Below, one piece after another: positions 7,556-19,700 of a DNA stretch of 64,000 nucleotides. This stretch comes from Escherichia phage vB_EcoM_KAW1E185, in the sequence record NC_054922.1; one strand, 5' to 3'. Numbering within the stretch: the first letter of the stretch is position 1; the number at the start of each line of letters is the position of its first letter. The translations under genes and the position numbers were made by a program. Below the pieces are notes generated by a model. That model worked only from the letters and a program-made list of their open reading frames with translations. It was not told where the DNA came from and did not search any database.

Positions 7556-7788
7556 TATTTTTTACGAAAAATTGATTTATATTTATCAGCCCATTTCTCG
7601 ATGACTTTTTCTGGTCCATAGATAACAAAATAATCACCAAACTCTTCACCACCGAGTTGACCGAAATTATCTAATGCATCACGAAGAACTCCATGAGGCA
7701 TTTCGCCCATTTTATCTTTCTTACCAATGTAAATAAACTCAACTTTTACATCAGCAGCTTCAGCAATAAATTCTTGATACGTTTTCAT
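7555..7788 (-). CDS. small internal-protein-like protein with capsid-targeting leader MKTYQEFIAE, 77 aa
   Basis: ORF-track ORF trimmed to ATG 7788 (GGAGA Shine-Dalgarno); leader is the canonical T-even internal-protein leader ending in the gp21 cleavage motif I-A-E. Confidence 0.55.
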   Translation of the reverse strand: MKTYQEFIAEAADVKVEFIYIGKKDKMGEMPHGVLRDALDNFGQLGGEEFGDYFVIYGPEKVIEKWADKYKSIFRKK

Positions 7789-7824
7789 TTTATTCTCCAA
7801 TTTCACATTTGTTTTGATAGGGCA

Positions 7825-7854
7825 ATAGTATCACTACTAAAACCCCGTGTAAAC
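7825..7854 (-). promoter_or_regulatory. early-type promoter (GTTTACA-N17-TACTAT) for the 77-aa leader-bearing gene
   Basis: Shares the repeated core aatagtatcactac and the motif gtaaacaactttgtgaaatt with the ipI promoter. Confidence 0.5.
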
Positions 7855-7873
7855 AACTTTGTGAAATTGTTTA

Positions 7874-8161
7874 TTACAAAAGATTTTTAGCAATAATCTT
7901 GAGATGTGCTGCAGAAATGTGTTTAGCTTTAAACAACGCAGTTTCTTCGGCAGGAGAGATAACGATTGTAGCACCATCCTTTTTAGCAGACCACCCATCA
8001 CCTAGGTAAACAGTACCTTTGATTTCTTCGCCATCAACCAGACTAATCATTGGTTTACCTTCTCGTCCTTTATTTGCTTTAATAACTTCAGAAGTAAGAG
8101 TAGCTTCGGTAATGGTAGAAACCGGGGTAGTTGTAGAAGTAAATTCTTTAAATGTTTTCAT
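7874..8161 (-). CDS. ipI: internal protein I (IPI), injected inhibitor of GmrS/GmrD-type restriction
   Basis: 95 aa; leader MKTFKEFTSTTTPVSTITE followed by ATLTSEVIKANKGREG..., recognised as T4 IPI. Confidence 0.9.
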   Translation of the reverse strand: MKTFKEFTSTTTPVSTITEATLTSEVIKANKGREGKPMISLVDGEEIKGTVYLGDGWSAKKDGATIVISPAEETALFKAKHISAAHLKIIAKNLL

Positions 8162-8191
8162 TTTATTTTCCTAATTAATTTTGATGAGATA

Positions 8192-8221
8192 ATAGTATCA
8201 CTACCTCATCAGTATGTAAAC
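8192..8221 (-). promoter_or_regulatory. early-type promoter for ipI, -10 flanked by inverted repeat tgatgag / ctcatca
   Basis: Minus strand reads GTTTACA-N17-TACTAT; inverted-repeat arms at 8182..8188 and 8205..8211. Confidence 0.5.
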
Positions 8222-8233
8222 AACTTTGTGAAA

Positions 8234-8930
<697 letters not shown>

Positions 8931-8931
<1 letters not shown>

Positions 8932-9656
8932 TATAGTACCTTTAGTGTATTTTTAATTTTAGAAAAAAGTTCTTCAAGAGAACCATCGTTTGTAATTACT
9001 AAATCGCCATCACGAATTGGCAATCCAGCTTCTGTAATATGCGTATCATTGGATTTTTGACCAGGACGAACTACATGAATTACTGTAGCACCCATCGCCC
9101 TAGCCGCATCCATTTCATGATCCTGACGGGTATCAGGAACGATATAATAATCATAACCTGAGTTAAATTTATCAAGATAATCTAAAGCAAATAATTTTAC
9201 CCAGTACATGCGGTCGAAGTTATTAACAATCAAATCCGTACCTAGGGCTTGCATCAGACGACGGACTGACCATTGATCTTCAATATTATTTATAACGTCA
9301 GTAATTTTGTTAAATGCTACGAAATTAACTGATTCTTTTCCTTCGTCATCAAAAACAAACACACCTTTAATTGGGCTTTTACCATTAAGATAGCAAAATG
9401 CTTGTTCCATAATCGTGATTACTTCTAATTTAGTCAGATTTAAATTAGTCTCACGATCATAGTCAATTCCTTCAAACTCTTTACGAGTTAAGCAAGGATA
9501 GTCGGTGTTTGCTGCAAATACTCCCCATGCATAAGCCAATGCATCCTTAATAGGACCAGCAAGTTGGTATTTAACTGCAGAATAATTGCTCATGATAAAA
9601 TCAGCAGTAGTATCTTTTCCACTACGCTTTACACCGCTTAAAAAGATTAGTTTCAT
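8931..9656 (-). CDS. 1: gp1 deoxynucleoside monophosphate kinase
   Basis: 241 aa from ATG 9656; P-loop GVKRSGKDT; T4 gp1 length and position. Confidence 0.9.
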
Positions 9657-9705
9657 GTGTTTCTCCTCAAATTTAATTAAGATTATAACACACAAAACTG
9701 AAGCA

Positions 9706-10236
9706 TTAAACTTCTGCTATAATTTTTCCATCTTTTTCTACTTGAAAATAGGTGTAAGGAATCGTTGCTGTACATACTAAAGCCGGGTCTGAATCTTCCG
9801 TGTAGCTAAATTCTACTTCAGACAGGTCAGAAACCCAAGGCTTATAAAAATTTATTGACATCACGATTTCAGTTTTGCTATTATCTAAGATGTAAAGCGT
9901 AATGTACTCAGGACCTGTTTTTTGTGCAGTATTTTCACCTGTAAGATAGTTGCTAGTTCCTAGCATCCATTCATACATTCCTATCCATGACTTAAGTTCT
10001 TCATCAACTATAAATCTCACGATGAGTGGATCATACTCGAATGTAACACCAGGACGTTGTGCTCGGCCCAGTCCAAACGGCCCAGTCACGGTATCAGTAA
10101 CAGGTATTCTAATTCCTGGAATAGGAACTGACTGAGCATTTAAAGTAAAAGCAGATGTAGTATTACTGTGCGGTATTGATACTACAAAGTTAGTTGTATT
10201 TGCTTGGTTAAAAATTTGTTGCAGAGCTTGCGACAT
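9706..10236 (-). CDS. 3: gp3 tail completion / sheath stabiliser
   Basis: 176 aa from the internal ATG at 10236, matching T4 gp3 length and position. Confidence 0.85.
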   Translation of the reverse strand: MSQALQQIFNQANTTNFVVSIPHSNTTSAFTLNAQSVPIPGIRIPVTDTVTGPFGLGRAQRPGVTFEYDPLIVRFIVDEELKSWIGMYEWMLGTSNYLTGENTAQKTGPEYITLYILDNSKTEIVMSINFYKPWVSDLSEVEFSYTEDSDPALVCTATIPYTYFQVEKDGKIIAEV

Positions 10237-10342
10237 ATATTCCTCATAATGCTTTATAACTGTTGGTGGTATAATGGGTCTAAGTCCCTTCCATTCAATT
10301 CCATTTAGAACAAACAACAGAAAAGAATGGAAGATAATAGAA

Positions 10343-11167
10343 TTAGATATTTGACCAGACTTTGTTTGCAGAGAAACGTTTTCCTTTTGAAACGAACTGC
10401 TGAAGTGGCATCAACACAACGTTCGCCCAGTCTTTCGGGGCGATTTCAACAAGGCTACCCATAATATTACCAGGTATATATGCCTTAATCATTTGGTCTG
10501 CACCCCTAAATCCTTTCACTTGACTCCAATCAATTTTTAATTTCGTTTTATTAGTAATAGTAGGTGTATTTGCATATTGCTTTAAAAGCTCTTCTAGGAA
10601 TTGCTGACGAGCTTTAGGTGGAATATAGTGCAAGTTTAATCCGTACATTAAATTATGCTTACCTAAACCAAGGTAAATTATCAAAGGAAATTTATCCCAG
10701 TAAGGAAGAGTTTCCTTGTGTTTAGCATCATAAGCAAAAGCATATATTCGTCCCGGCTGCGGGCGAACAACTTTATGTCCTTTTACTTGCTTAATAGTTT
10801 CAGCAAACCACTTTCTGGTTTTATTATTAATTGCTGCACCTTCATTACGAATTTTATCACGCAATGTTTGTCTGAATGAATTTATCATAAGCAGTTGTCT
10901 TTCTTGCTTATTGAGTTTATTCATTGGTTTTGATTCAAGCTTTTGAATCTTTTCAGCCGTTTTAATTCCTGAAGCATATTTTGACATTGCTGAAGTAAAC
11001 GTAGAGTATTTGATTCCTCTTTCTTCAGCAAATTGCTTTCCTGTCATTCCTTTTGCTTTGGCCTTTTTATATTCAAGACCTATCTGAATCCATTTCTTTT
11101 CGTTTAATGATTGCTTAACCTTTGGAACTTGGGGAGTGCTTTCATTAATTATTTGAAAAATAGCCAT
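10343..11167 (-). CDS. 2: gp2 DNA end-protector protein
   Basis: 274 aa; T4 gp2 length and position between genes 3 and 4. Confidence 0.85.
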
Positions 11168-11619
11168 TATGCCCCCTTAAAGCCAAGAGCTCGTAATCCA
11201 TCTTCTGTTAGAATTCTAAATTTTATTCCACGCTTTTCAGCTAAAGCTTGCGCTGCTTTCCATTTGTCGGTATTAACGGAATATGTATAAATTTCATTCA
11301 TAAATCTTTTCTTCGCTGCAGTTGTTAGATGTGCTGGTTTAACTGGTGGTTGTGTTTCTTTTTTAGGTTTTATTTCAATAAAAAATTCTTGTCCAGAAGA
11401 ATCTTTCATCCAAATATCCATGAAGTATCTACGTTTTTTCCCTTCTGCATTACAAAAATAAGGAATTACTGCTGTTTCACTACCCCATGCAATAATTTCT
11501 GGATTTTTATCTAACCATTCAAAAAAGAATTTTTCCCAATTTGATCTATACGTAATTTTTTTAGGGTCACCTCTATACTTTGATATATTTTTAGGAACCC
11601 ATTTTCCAGAATATGCCAT
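11167..11619 (-). CDS. 4: gp4 head completion protein
   Basis: 150 aa; T4 gp4 length and position; divergent from gene 53. Confidence 0.85.
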
Positions 11620-11630
11620 TGGATTCTCCT

Positions 11631-11638
11631 TATAAATA
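11631..11638 (+). promoter_or_regulatory. late promoter TATAAATA for gene 53
   Basis: Exact TATAAATA about 29 nt upstream of the gene 53 ATG. Confidence 0.6.
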
Positions 11639-11645
11639 GATAATA

Positions 11646-11653
11646 TATTTATA
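11646..11653 (-). promoter_or_regulatory. late promoter TATAAATA (minus strand) for genes 4-2-3
   Basis: Plus strand tatttata; divergent from the gene 53 promoter. Confidence 0.55.
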
Positions 11654-11666
11654 AACAGGAGGGCCC

Positions 11667-12257
11667 ATGCTCTTTACATTTTTTGATCCGATTGAATATG
11701 CGGCCAAAACGGTGAATAAAAACGCGCCGACTATTCCTATGACAGATATTTTTAGAAACTATAAAGACTATTTTAAACGCGCTCTTGCGGGATACCGCTT
11801 ACGTACTTATTATATCAAAGGTTCACCACGCCCGGAAGAATTAGCAAATACTATATATGGAAATCCACAGTTGTATTGGGTTTTATTGATGTGTAATGAT
11901 AATTATGATCCGTATTATGGATGGATTACTTCACAAGAAGCTGCTTATCAAGCATCTATACAAAAATACAAAAATGTGGGTGGAGACCAGATAGTATATC
12001 ATGTGAATGAGAACGGTGAAAAATTTTATAATTTAATATCATACGATGATAATCCATATGTTTGGTATGACAAAGGTGATAAAGCTAGAAAATATCCTCA
12101 ATATGAAGGAGCACTTGCTGCGGTCGATACGTATGAAGCTGCTGTTCTTGAAAATGAAAAACTTCGTCAAATAAAAATAATAGCAAAATCCGACATTAAT
12201 TCATTTATGAACGACCTTATACGTATAATGGAGAAATCTTATGGAAATGATAAGTAA
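11667..12257 (+). CDS. 53: gp53 baseplate wedge subunit
   Basis: 196 aa; length and position as T4 gp53; AGGAGG Shine-Dalgarno. Confidence 0.9.
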   Translation: MLFTFFDPIEYAAKTVNKNAPTIPMTDIFRNYKDYFKRALAGYRLRTYYIKGSPRPEELANTIYGNPQLYWVLLMCNDNYDPYYGWITSQEAAYQASIQKYKNVGGDQIVYHVNENGEKFYNLISYDDNPYVWYDKGDKARKYPQYEGALAAVDTYEAAVLENEKLRQIKIIAKSDINSFMNDLIRIMEKSYGNDK

Positions 12258-13968
12258 TAACCTTAATTGGTTTGTTGGTGTTGTTGAAGATAGAATGGAC
12301 CCATTAAAATTAGGTCGTGTTCGTGTTCGTGTGGTTGGTTTGCATCCACCCCAAAGAGCACAAGGTGATGTAATGGGTATTCCAACTGAAAAATTACCAT
12401 GGATGTCAGTTATTCAACCTATAACTTCTGCAGCGATGTCAGGAATTGGAGGTTCTGTTACAGGGCCAGTAGAAGGAACTAGAGTTTATGGTCATTTTTT
12501 AGACAAATGGAAAACTAACGGAATTGTCCTTGGCACATATGGTGGAATAGTTCGCGAAAAACCGAATAGACTTGAAGGATTTTCTGACCCAACTGGGCAG
12601 TATCCTAGACGTTTAGGAAATGATACGAACGTATTAAACCAAGGCGGAGAAGTAGGATATGATTCGTCTTCTAACATTATCCAAGATAGTAACTTAGACA
12701 CCGCAATAAATCCCGATGATAGACCACTATCAGAGATTCCAACCGATGATAATCCAAATATGTCAATGGCTGAAATGCTTCGCCGTGATGAAGGATTAAG
12801 ATTAAAAGTTTATTGGGATACCGAAGGATATCCGACAATTGGTATTGGTCATCTTATCATGAAGCAGCCAGTTCGTGATATGGCTCAAATTAATAAAGTT
12901 TTATCAAAACAAGTTGGTCGTGAAATTACTGGAAACCCAGGTTCTATTACAATGGAAGAGGCGACAGCTTTATTTGAGCGTGATTTGGCTGATATGCAAC
13001 GGGACATTAAATCGCATTCTAAAGTTGGCCCAGTTTGGCAGGCAGTTAATCGTTCTCGTCAAATGGCGTTAGAAAATATGGCATTTCAGATGGGTGTTGG
13101 CGGTGTAGCTAAATTTAACACAATGTTAACTGCTATGTTAGCCGGAGATTGGGAAAAAGCATATAAAGCTGGTCGTGATTCATTGTGGTATCAACAAACA
13201 AAAGGCCGTGCATCCCGTGTTACCATGATTATTCTTACGGGAAATTTGGAATCATATGGTGTTGAAGTGAAAACCCCAGCTAGGTCTCTATCAGCAATGG
13301 CTGCTACTGTAGCTAAATCTTCTGACCCTGCTGATCCTCCTATTCCAAATGACTCGAGAATTTTATTCAAAGAACCAGTTTCTTCATATAAAGGTGAATA
13401 TCCTTATGTGCATACAATGGAAACTGAAAGTGGACATATCCAAGAATTTGATGATACCCCTGGGCAAGAACGATACAGATTAGTTCATCCAACTGGAACT
13501 TATGAAGAAGTATCACCGTCAGGAAGAAGAACAAGAAAAACTGTTGATAATTTGTATGATATAACCAACGCTGATGGTAATTTTTTGGTAGCCGGTGATA
13601 AAAAGACTAACGTCGGTGGTTCAGAAATTTATTATAACATGGATAATCGTCTTCACCAAATAGATGGAAGCAATACAATATTTGTACGTGGCGATGAAAC
13701 TAAGACGGTTGAAGGTAATGGAACTATCCTAGTCAAAGGTAATGTTACTATTGTAGTTGAAGGCAATGCTGACATTACAGTTAAAGGAGATGCTACCACT
13801 TTAGTTGAAGGTAATCAAACTAATACAGTAAATGGAAATCTTTCTTGGAAAGTTGCTGGGACAGTTGATTGGGACGTTGGCGGTGATTGGACAGAAAAAA
13901 TGGCATCTATGAGTTCTATTTCATCTGGTCAATACACAATTGATGGATCGAGGATTGACATTGGCTAA
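12241..13968 (+). CDS. 5: gp5 baseplate hub subunit and tail lysozyme (cell-puncturing spike)
   Basis: 575 aa; lysozyme motif DTEGYPTIGIGHL; C-terminal VxGxxxxx beta-helix repeats. Confidence 0.97.
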   Translation: MEMISNNLNWFVGVVEDRMDPLKLGRVRVRVVGLHPPQRAQGDVMGIPTEKLPWMSVIQPITSAAMSGIGGSVTGPVEGTRVYGHFLDKWKTNGIVLGTYGGIVREKPNRLEGFSDPTGQYPRRLGNDTNVLNQGGEVGYDSSSNIIQDSNLDTAINPDDRPLSEIPTDDNPNMSMAEMLRRDEGLRLKVYWDTEGYPTIGIGHLIMKQPVRDMAQINKVLSKQVGREITGNPGSITMEEATALFERDLADMQRDIKSHSKVGPVWQAVNRSRQMALENMAFQMGVGGVAKFNTMLTAMLAGDWEKAYKAGRDSLWYQQTKGRASRVTMIILTGNLESYGVEVKTPARSLSAMAATVAKSSDPADPPIPNDSRILFKEPVSSYKGEYPYVHTMETESGHIQEFDDTPGQERYRLVHPTGTYEEVSPSGRRTRKTVDNLYDITNADGNFLVAGDKKTNVGGSEIYYNMDNRLHQIDGSNTIFVRGDETKTVEGNGTILVKGNVTIVVEGNADITVKGDATTLVEGNQTNTVNGNLSWKVAGTVDWDVGGDWTEKMASMSSISSGQYTIDGSRIDIG

Positions 13969-14497
13969 TATACTTCCAATGAGCGCTGATTTAGGAGAAT
14001 CCATGGAAGGTTCTTCTATCGACGTCACCTTTACCGCTCAATTAGAAACAGGTGAAACGTTAGTATCTATAAATATAACTAGTTACGAAGAAACTCCTGG
14101 AGTTTTAGTAGAAGAAAATCGCTTATATGGAACATATGAATCTGTATTTGGTTTCGGAAATGACGCGTTGAAATATCGTTTAGGCGATGAATTTAAAACT
14201 GCTGCTTCATGGGAAGAACTTCCTACTGATTCTGATACTCAGTTGTATTTGTGGAAAGCTCCTCAAAATCTCCAGAAGACATTCACTTACGAAGTAACAT
14301 TAATATATGACTACCAAGAACAAAGTGAATCTGGAGGTTCTGGCAGTAATTCTAGGTCATCTTCTGATACTACTGAACCGCCAGATCCTCCTGCTCCAGT
14401 AAGAAAAACTCTAGTTAAAAATTACACAAAAACTATAGTTGGAAATTGGAGTCGTTGGGCTAATAAATTGAGAAGCTATGTGTATGAGAGGCCATAA
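13940..14497 (+). CDS. hypothetical protein in the T4 gene 5.1 position, 185 aa (start uncertain)
   Basis: ORF track; overlaps the gp5 stop; S/G/P-rich linker region. Confidence 0.6.
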
Positions 14498-14791
14498 ATG
14501 TCAGGATTAAGTTATGATAAGTGTGTTACTGCTGGCCATGAAGCATGGCCTCCAACAGTTGTGAATGCTACGCAAAGTAAAGTATTCACTGGAGGAATTG
14601 CTGTTCTCGTAGCAGGCGATCCAATTACAGAACATACAGAAATTAAAAAGCCGTATGAAACACATGGTGGAGTGACACAACCCAGAACTTCTAAGGTATA
14701 TGTCACTGGAAAGAAAGCTGTTCAAATGGCTGATCCAATATCATGCGGTGATACTGTGGCTCAGGCATCATCTAAAGTATTCATTAAATAG
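14498..14791 (+). CDS. 5.4: gp5.4 PAAR-repeat spike tip protein
   Basis: 97 aa; recognised as T4 gp5.4. Confidence 0.9.
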
Positions 14792-14799
14792 GATTTAAA

Positions 14800-16782
14800 A
14801 TGGCAAATACCCCTGTAAATTATCAATTAACAAGAACAGCAAATGCTATTCCCGAGATATTCGTCGGGGGTACGTTTGCTGAAATAAAACAAAACCTCAT
14901 TGAATGGCTTAATGGCCAAAATGAATTTTTGGATTATGATTTTGAAGGCTCAAGATTAAACGTTCTGTGTGACCTTTTAGCTTATAATACATTATACATT
15001 CAGCAGTTTGGTAATGCTGCTGTGTATGAAAGCTTTATGCGTACTGCTAACTTACGAAGTTCAGTTGTTCAAGCTGCACAAGATAACGGATATTTACCTA
15101 CTTCAAAATCCGCTGCGCAGACCGAAATTATGTTAACATGCACTGACGCATTGAATAGGAATTACATTACTATTCCTCGCGGAACTCGCTTTTTAGCATA
15201 TGCAAAAGATACTTCTGTTAATCCATATAACTTCGTTTCTACCGAAGACGTTATTGCTATTCGTGATAAAAATAACCAATATTTTCCGCGTTTAAAATTG
15301 GCCCAGGGACGTATAGTAAGAACTGAAATCATTTATGATAAATTAACACCTATTATCATTTATGATAAAAATATTGATAGAAACCAGGTTAAATTATATG
15401 TTGATGGAGCGGAATGGATTAACTGGACGAGAAAGTCAATGGTTCATGCTGGTTCAACATCAACGATTTACTATATGCGTGAAACTATTGATGGAAACAC
15501 TGAATTCTATTTTGGTGAAGGCGAAATTTCTGTTAATGCTTCTGAAGGAGCTTTGACCGCTAATTATATCGGAGGTCTTAAACCTACTCAGAACTCTACG
15601 ATTGTTATTGAGTACATCAGTACTAATGGCGCTGACGCGAACGGAGCAGTCGGATTTTCATACGCAGATACATTAACAAATATAACTGTCATCAATATTA
15701 ATGAAAATCCAAACGACGACCCAGATTTTGTCGGAGCAGATGGCGGTGGTGATCCAGAAGATATTGAACGTATTCGTGAATTGGGTACTATTAAGCGTGA
15801 AACTCAGCAGCGATGCGTAACTGCGACAGATTATGATACATTTGTCTCAGAAAGATTTGGTTCTATTATTCAAGCCGTTCAGACTTTCACTGATTCTACT
15901 AAACCTGGTTATGCATTTATTGCTGCTAAACCTAAATCAGGATTGTATTTAACTACTGTGCAGCGTGAAGATATTAAAAATTATCTCAAAGATTATAATT
16001 TAGCACCTATTACGCCATCAATTATTTCTCCTAATTATCTTTTCATTAAGACTAATTTAAAAGTCACATATGCTTTAAATAAGCTGCAAGAATCTGAACA
16101 GTGGCTTGAAGGTCAAATAATTGATAAAATTGACCGCTATTATACTGAAGATGTAGAAATTTTTAACTCGTCTTTTGCCAAGTCTAAGATGTTGACATAT
16201 GTAGATGATGCAGATCATTCTATCATTGGTTCATCAGCGACTATTCAAATGGTTCGTGAAGTACAAAACTTCTATAAAACGCCTGAAGCGGGTATTAAAT
16301 ACAATAATCAAATAAAAGATCGTTCTATGGAATCTAATACGTTTTCATTTAATTCTGGACGAAAGGTTGTAAATCCTGATACTGGTTTAGAAGAAGATGT
16401 ATTATATGACGTTCGTATAGTATCAACAGACCGAGATTCTAAAGGAATTGGTAAAGTTATTATTGGTCCATTTGCTTCTGGCGATGTTACAGAAAATGAA
16501 AACATTCAGCCGTATACAGGCAACGATTTTAACAAATTAGCAAATTCTGATGGACGCGACAAATATTATGCTATCGGTGAAATAAATTATCCAGCTGACA
16601 TGATTTATTGGAATATCGCTAAAATTAATTTAACATCTGAAAAATTTGAAGTTCAGACTATTGAATTATATTCTGACCCAACCGATGATGTTATCTTTAC
16701 TCGCGATGGTTCACTGATTGTATTTGAAAATGACTTACGTCCACAATACTTAACTATCGATTTGGAGCCTATATCACAATGA
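14800..16782 (+). CDS. 6: gp6 baseplate wedge subunit
   Basis: 660 aa; T4 gp6 length and order. Confidence 0.95.
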   Translation: MANTPVNYQLTRTANAIPEIFVGGTFAEIKQNLIEWLNGQNEFLDYDFEGSRLNVLCDLLAYNTLYIQQFGNAAVYESFMRTANLRSSVVQAAQDNGYLPTSKSAAQTEIMLTCTDALNRNYITIPRGTRFLAYAKDTSVNPYNFVSTEDVIAIRDKNNQYFPRLKLAQGRIVRTEIIYDKLTPIIIYDKNIDRNQVKLYVDGAEWINWTRKSMVHAGSTSTIYYMRETIDGNTEFYFGEGEISVNASEGALTANYIGGLKPTQNSTIVIEYISTNGADANGAVGFSYADTLTNITVININENPNDDPDFVGADGGGDPEDIERIRELGTIKRETQQRCVTATDYDTFVSERFGSIIQAVQTFTDSTKPGYAFIAAKPKSGLYLTTVQREDIKNYLKDYNLAPITPSIISPNYLFIKTNLKVTYALNKLQESEQWLEGQIIDKIDRYYTEDVEIFNSSFAKSKMLTYVDDADHSIIGSSATIQMVREVQNFYKTPEAGIKYNNQIKDRSMESNTFSFNSGRKVVNPDTGLEEDVLYDVRIVSTDRDSKGIGKVIIGPFASGDVTENENIQPYTGNDFNKLANSDGRDKYYAIGEINYPADMIYWNIAKINLTSEKFEVQTIELYSDPTDDVIFTRDGSLIVFENDLRPQYLTIDLEPISQ

Positions 16783-19700
16783 CAGTAAAAGCACCTTCAG
16801 TCACTAGTCTCAGAATTTCCAAGTTATCCGCAAATCAGGTGCAAGTACGCTGGGATGACGTTGGTGCTAATTTCTACTATTTTGTAGAAATCGCTGAGAC
16901 AAAAACAGACTCGGGGGAAAAACTCCCGAGTAATCAATATCGTTGGATTAATTTAGGATATACTGCAAATAACAGCTTCTTTTTTGATGATGCTGATCCA
17001 TTAACAACATACATTATTAGAGTAGCCACAGCTGCGCAAGATTTTGAGCAGTCTGATTGGATTTATACCGAAGAGTTTGAAACTTTTGCTACAAATGCTT
17101 ATACATTTCAAAACATGATTGAAATGCAATTAGCCAATAAATTCATTCAGGAAAAATTTACTCTTAATAATTCTGATTATGTTAATTTTAATAATGACAC
17201 TATAATGGCTGCATTGATGAATGAATCGTTTCAATTCAGCCCATCATATGTTGATGTTTCATCAATAAGTAATTTTATTATTGGTGAAAATGAGTATCAT
17301 GAAATACAAGGTTCTATTCAGCAAGTATGTAAGGATATTAACCGCGTTTATTTGATGGAATCAGAAGGGATTCTATATCTTTTTGAGCGTTATCAACCTA
17401 TAGTTAAAGTATCTAATGATAAAGGACAAACCTGGAAAGCTGTGAAGCTCTTCAATGACCGTGTAGGATATCCTTTATCTAAGACAGTATATTACCAATC
17501 TGCGAACACTACATACGTTCTAGGATACGACAAGATTTTCTATGGCCGCAAATCTACTGATGTTAGATGGTCAGCTGATGATGTCAGATTTAGTTCTCAG
17601 GATATAACATTTGCTAAACTTGGCGACCAATTACATCTAGGATTTGATGTAGAAATTTTTGCCACTTACGCGACTTTGCCAGCGAATGTATACCGCATTG
17701 CAGAAGCTATTACTTGCACCGATGATTACATTTACGTTGTCGCCAGAGACAAAGTTAGATACATAAAAACGAGTAATGCACCTATAGATTCTGATCCATT
17801 ATCTCCAACATATTCGGAAAGACTTTTTGAACCTGATACCATGACTATAACCGGAAATCCTAAAGCAGTATGCTATAAAATGGATTCTATCGGTGATAAA
17901 GTTTTTGCTCTTATTATTGGTGAAGTTGAAACATTAAATGCTAATCCTAGAACATCAAAAATAATTGATTCCGCTGATAAAGGAATATATGTTTTAAATC
18001 ATGACGAAAAAACATGGAAAAGAGTTTTTGGTAATACTGAAGAAGAAAGAAGACGTATTCAACCCGGATATGCGAATATGTCAACTGACGGTAAATTAGT
18101 TTCTCTGTCTTCGAGTAATTTTAAATTTTTAAGTGATAATGTTGTTAATGACCCTGAAACTGTGGTGAAATATCAGTTAATCGGTGCTGTTAAATATGAA
18201 TTTCCTCGTGAATGGTTAGCTGATAAGCATTATCATATGATGGCATTTATAGCGGATGAAAAATCTGATTGGGAAACTTTTACGCCTCAGCCAATGAAAT
18301 ACTACGCAGAACCGTTCTTTAACTGGTCTAAAAAATCTAACACACGTTGTTGGATAAACAACTCTGATAGAGCTGTAGTAGTTTATGCTGATTTAAAATA
18401 CACCAAAGTTATAGAAAATATTCCGGAAACATCACCAGATAGATTAGTTCATGAATACTGGGATGATGGTGATTGCACTATAGTAATGCCAAATGTTAAA
18501 TTCACTGGATTTAAAAAATATGCGTCTGGGATGCTTTTCTATAAAGCCTCCGGCGAAATAATTTCTTACTATGATTTTAACTATCGTGTGAGAGATACAG
18601 TAGAAATTATTTGGAAGCCAACTGAAGTATTTTTAAAAGCATTTTTACAAAACCAAGAGCATGAGACTCCTTGGTCACCAGAAGAAGAGCGTGGATTAGC
18701 TGACCCTGATTTAAGACCATTAATTGGCACAATGATGCCTGATTCTTATTTGTTACAGGATTCGAATTTTGAAGCATTTTGCGAAGCATATATTCAATAT
18801 CTTTCTGATGGATACGGAACTCAGTATAACAATTTACGAAATTTAATTCGTAACCAATATCCACGAGAAGAGCATGCATGGGAATATTTGTGGTCAGAGA
18901 TATATAAAAGAAACATTTATTTAAATGCTGATAAACGTGATGCTGTTGCGAGATTCTTTGAATCGCGTAGCTATGATTTTTATTCTACTAAAGGAATTGA
19001 AGCATCATACAAGTTTCTTTTTAAAGTTCTTTATAATGAAGAAGTTGAAATTGAAATTGAATCTGGGGCTGGTACTGAATATGACATAATCGTTCAATCT
19101 GATTCTTTGACTGAAGATTTAGTAGGACAAACGATTTATACGGCAACAGGAAGATGTAATGTTACTTATATAGAAAGAAGCTATTCTAATGGTAAATTGC
19201 AATGGACCGTAACTATTCATAATCTTTTAGGACGATTAATTGCTGGTCAAGAAGTTAAAGCAGAAAGACTCCCTAGTTTTGAAGGCGAAATTATTCGTGG
19301 GGTTAAAGGAAAGGATTTGCTTCAAAACAATATAGACTATATTAATAGAAGTAGATCATACTATGTAATGAAAATTAAATCCAATTTACCTTCTTCTCGT
19401 TGGAAATCTGACGTTATTCGTTTTGTTCATCCAGTAGGATTTGGATTTATAGCAATTACTCTTTTAACTATGTTTATTAATGTTGGTTTAACTCTTAAAC
19501 ATACAGAGACTATAATTAATAAATACAAAAACTATAAATGGGATTCTGGATTGCCTACTGAATATGCTGATAGAGTAGCTAAATTGACTCCAACTGGTGA
19601 AATTGAGCATGATTCAGTAACAGGCGAAGCAATTTATGAGCCTGGCCCAATGGCTGGTGTAGAATACCCTCTTCCTGATGACTATAATGCTGAAAATAAC

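Noticed and set aside
12492-12701. Short antisense ORFs inside large structural genes (others at 15362..15556, 18607..18879, 20223..20558, 38003..38347, 38856..39254, 53784..54122)
   Set aside because: They overlap well-supported T4-homologous CDS on the opposite strand and have no start context or conservation logic; they are frame artefacts of AT-rich DNA.
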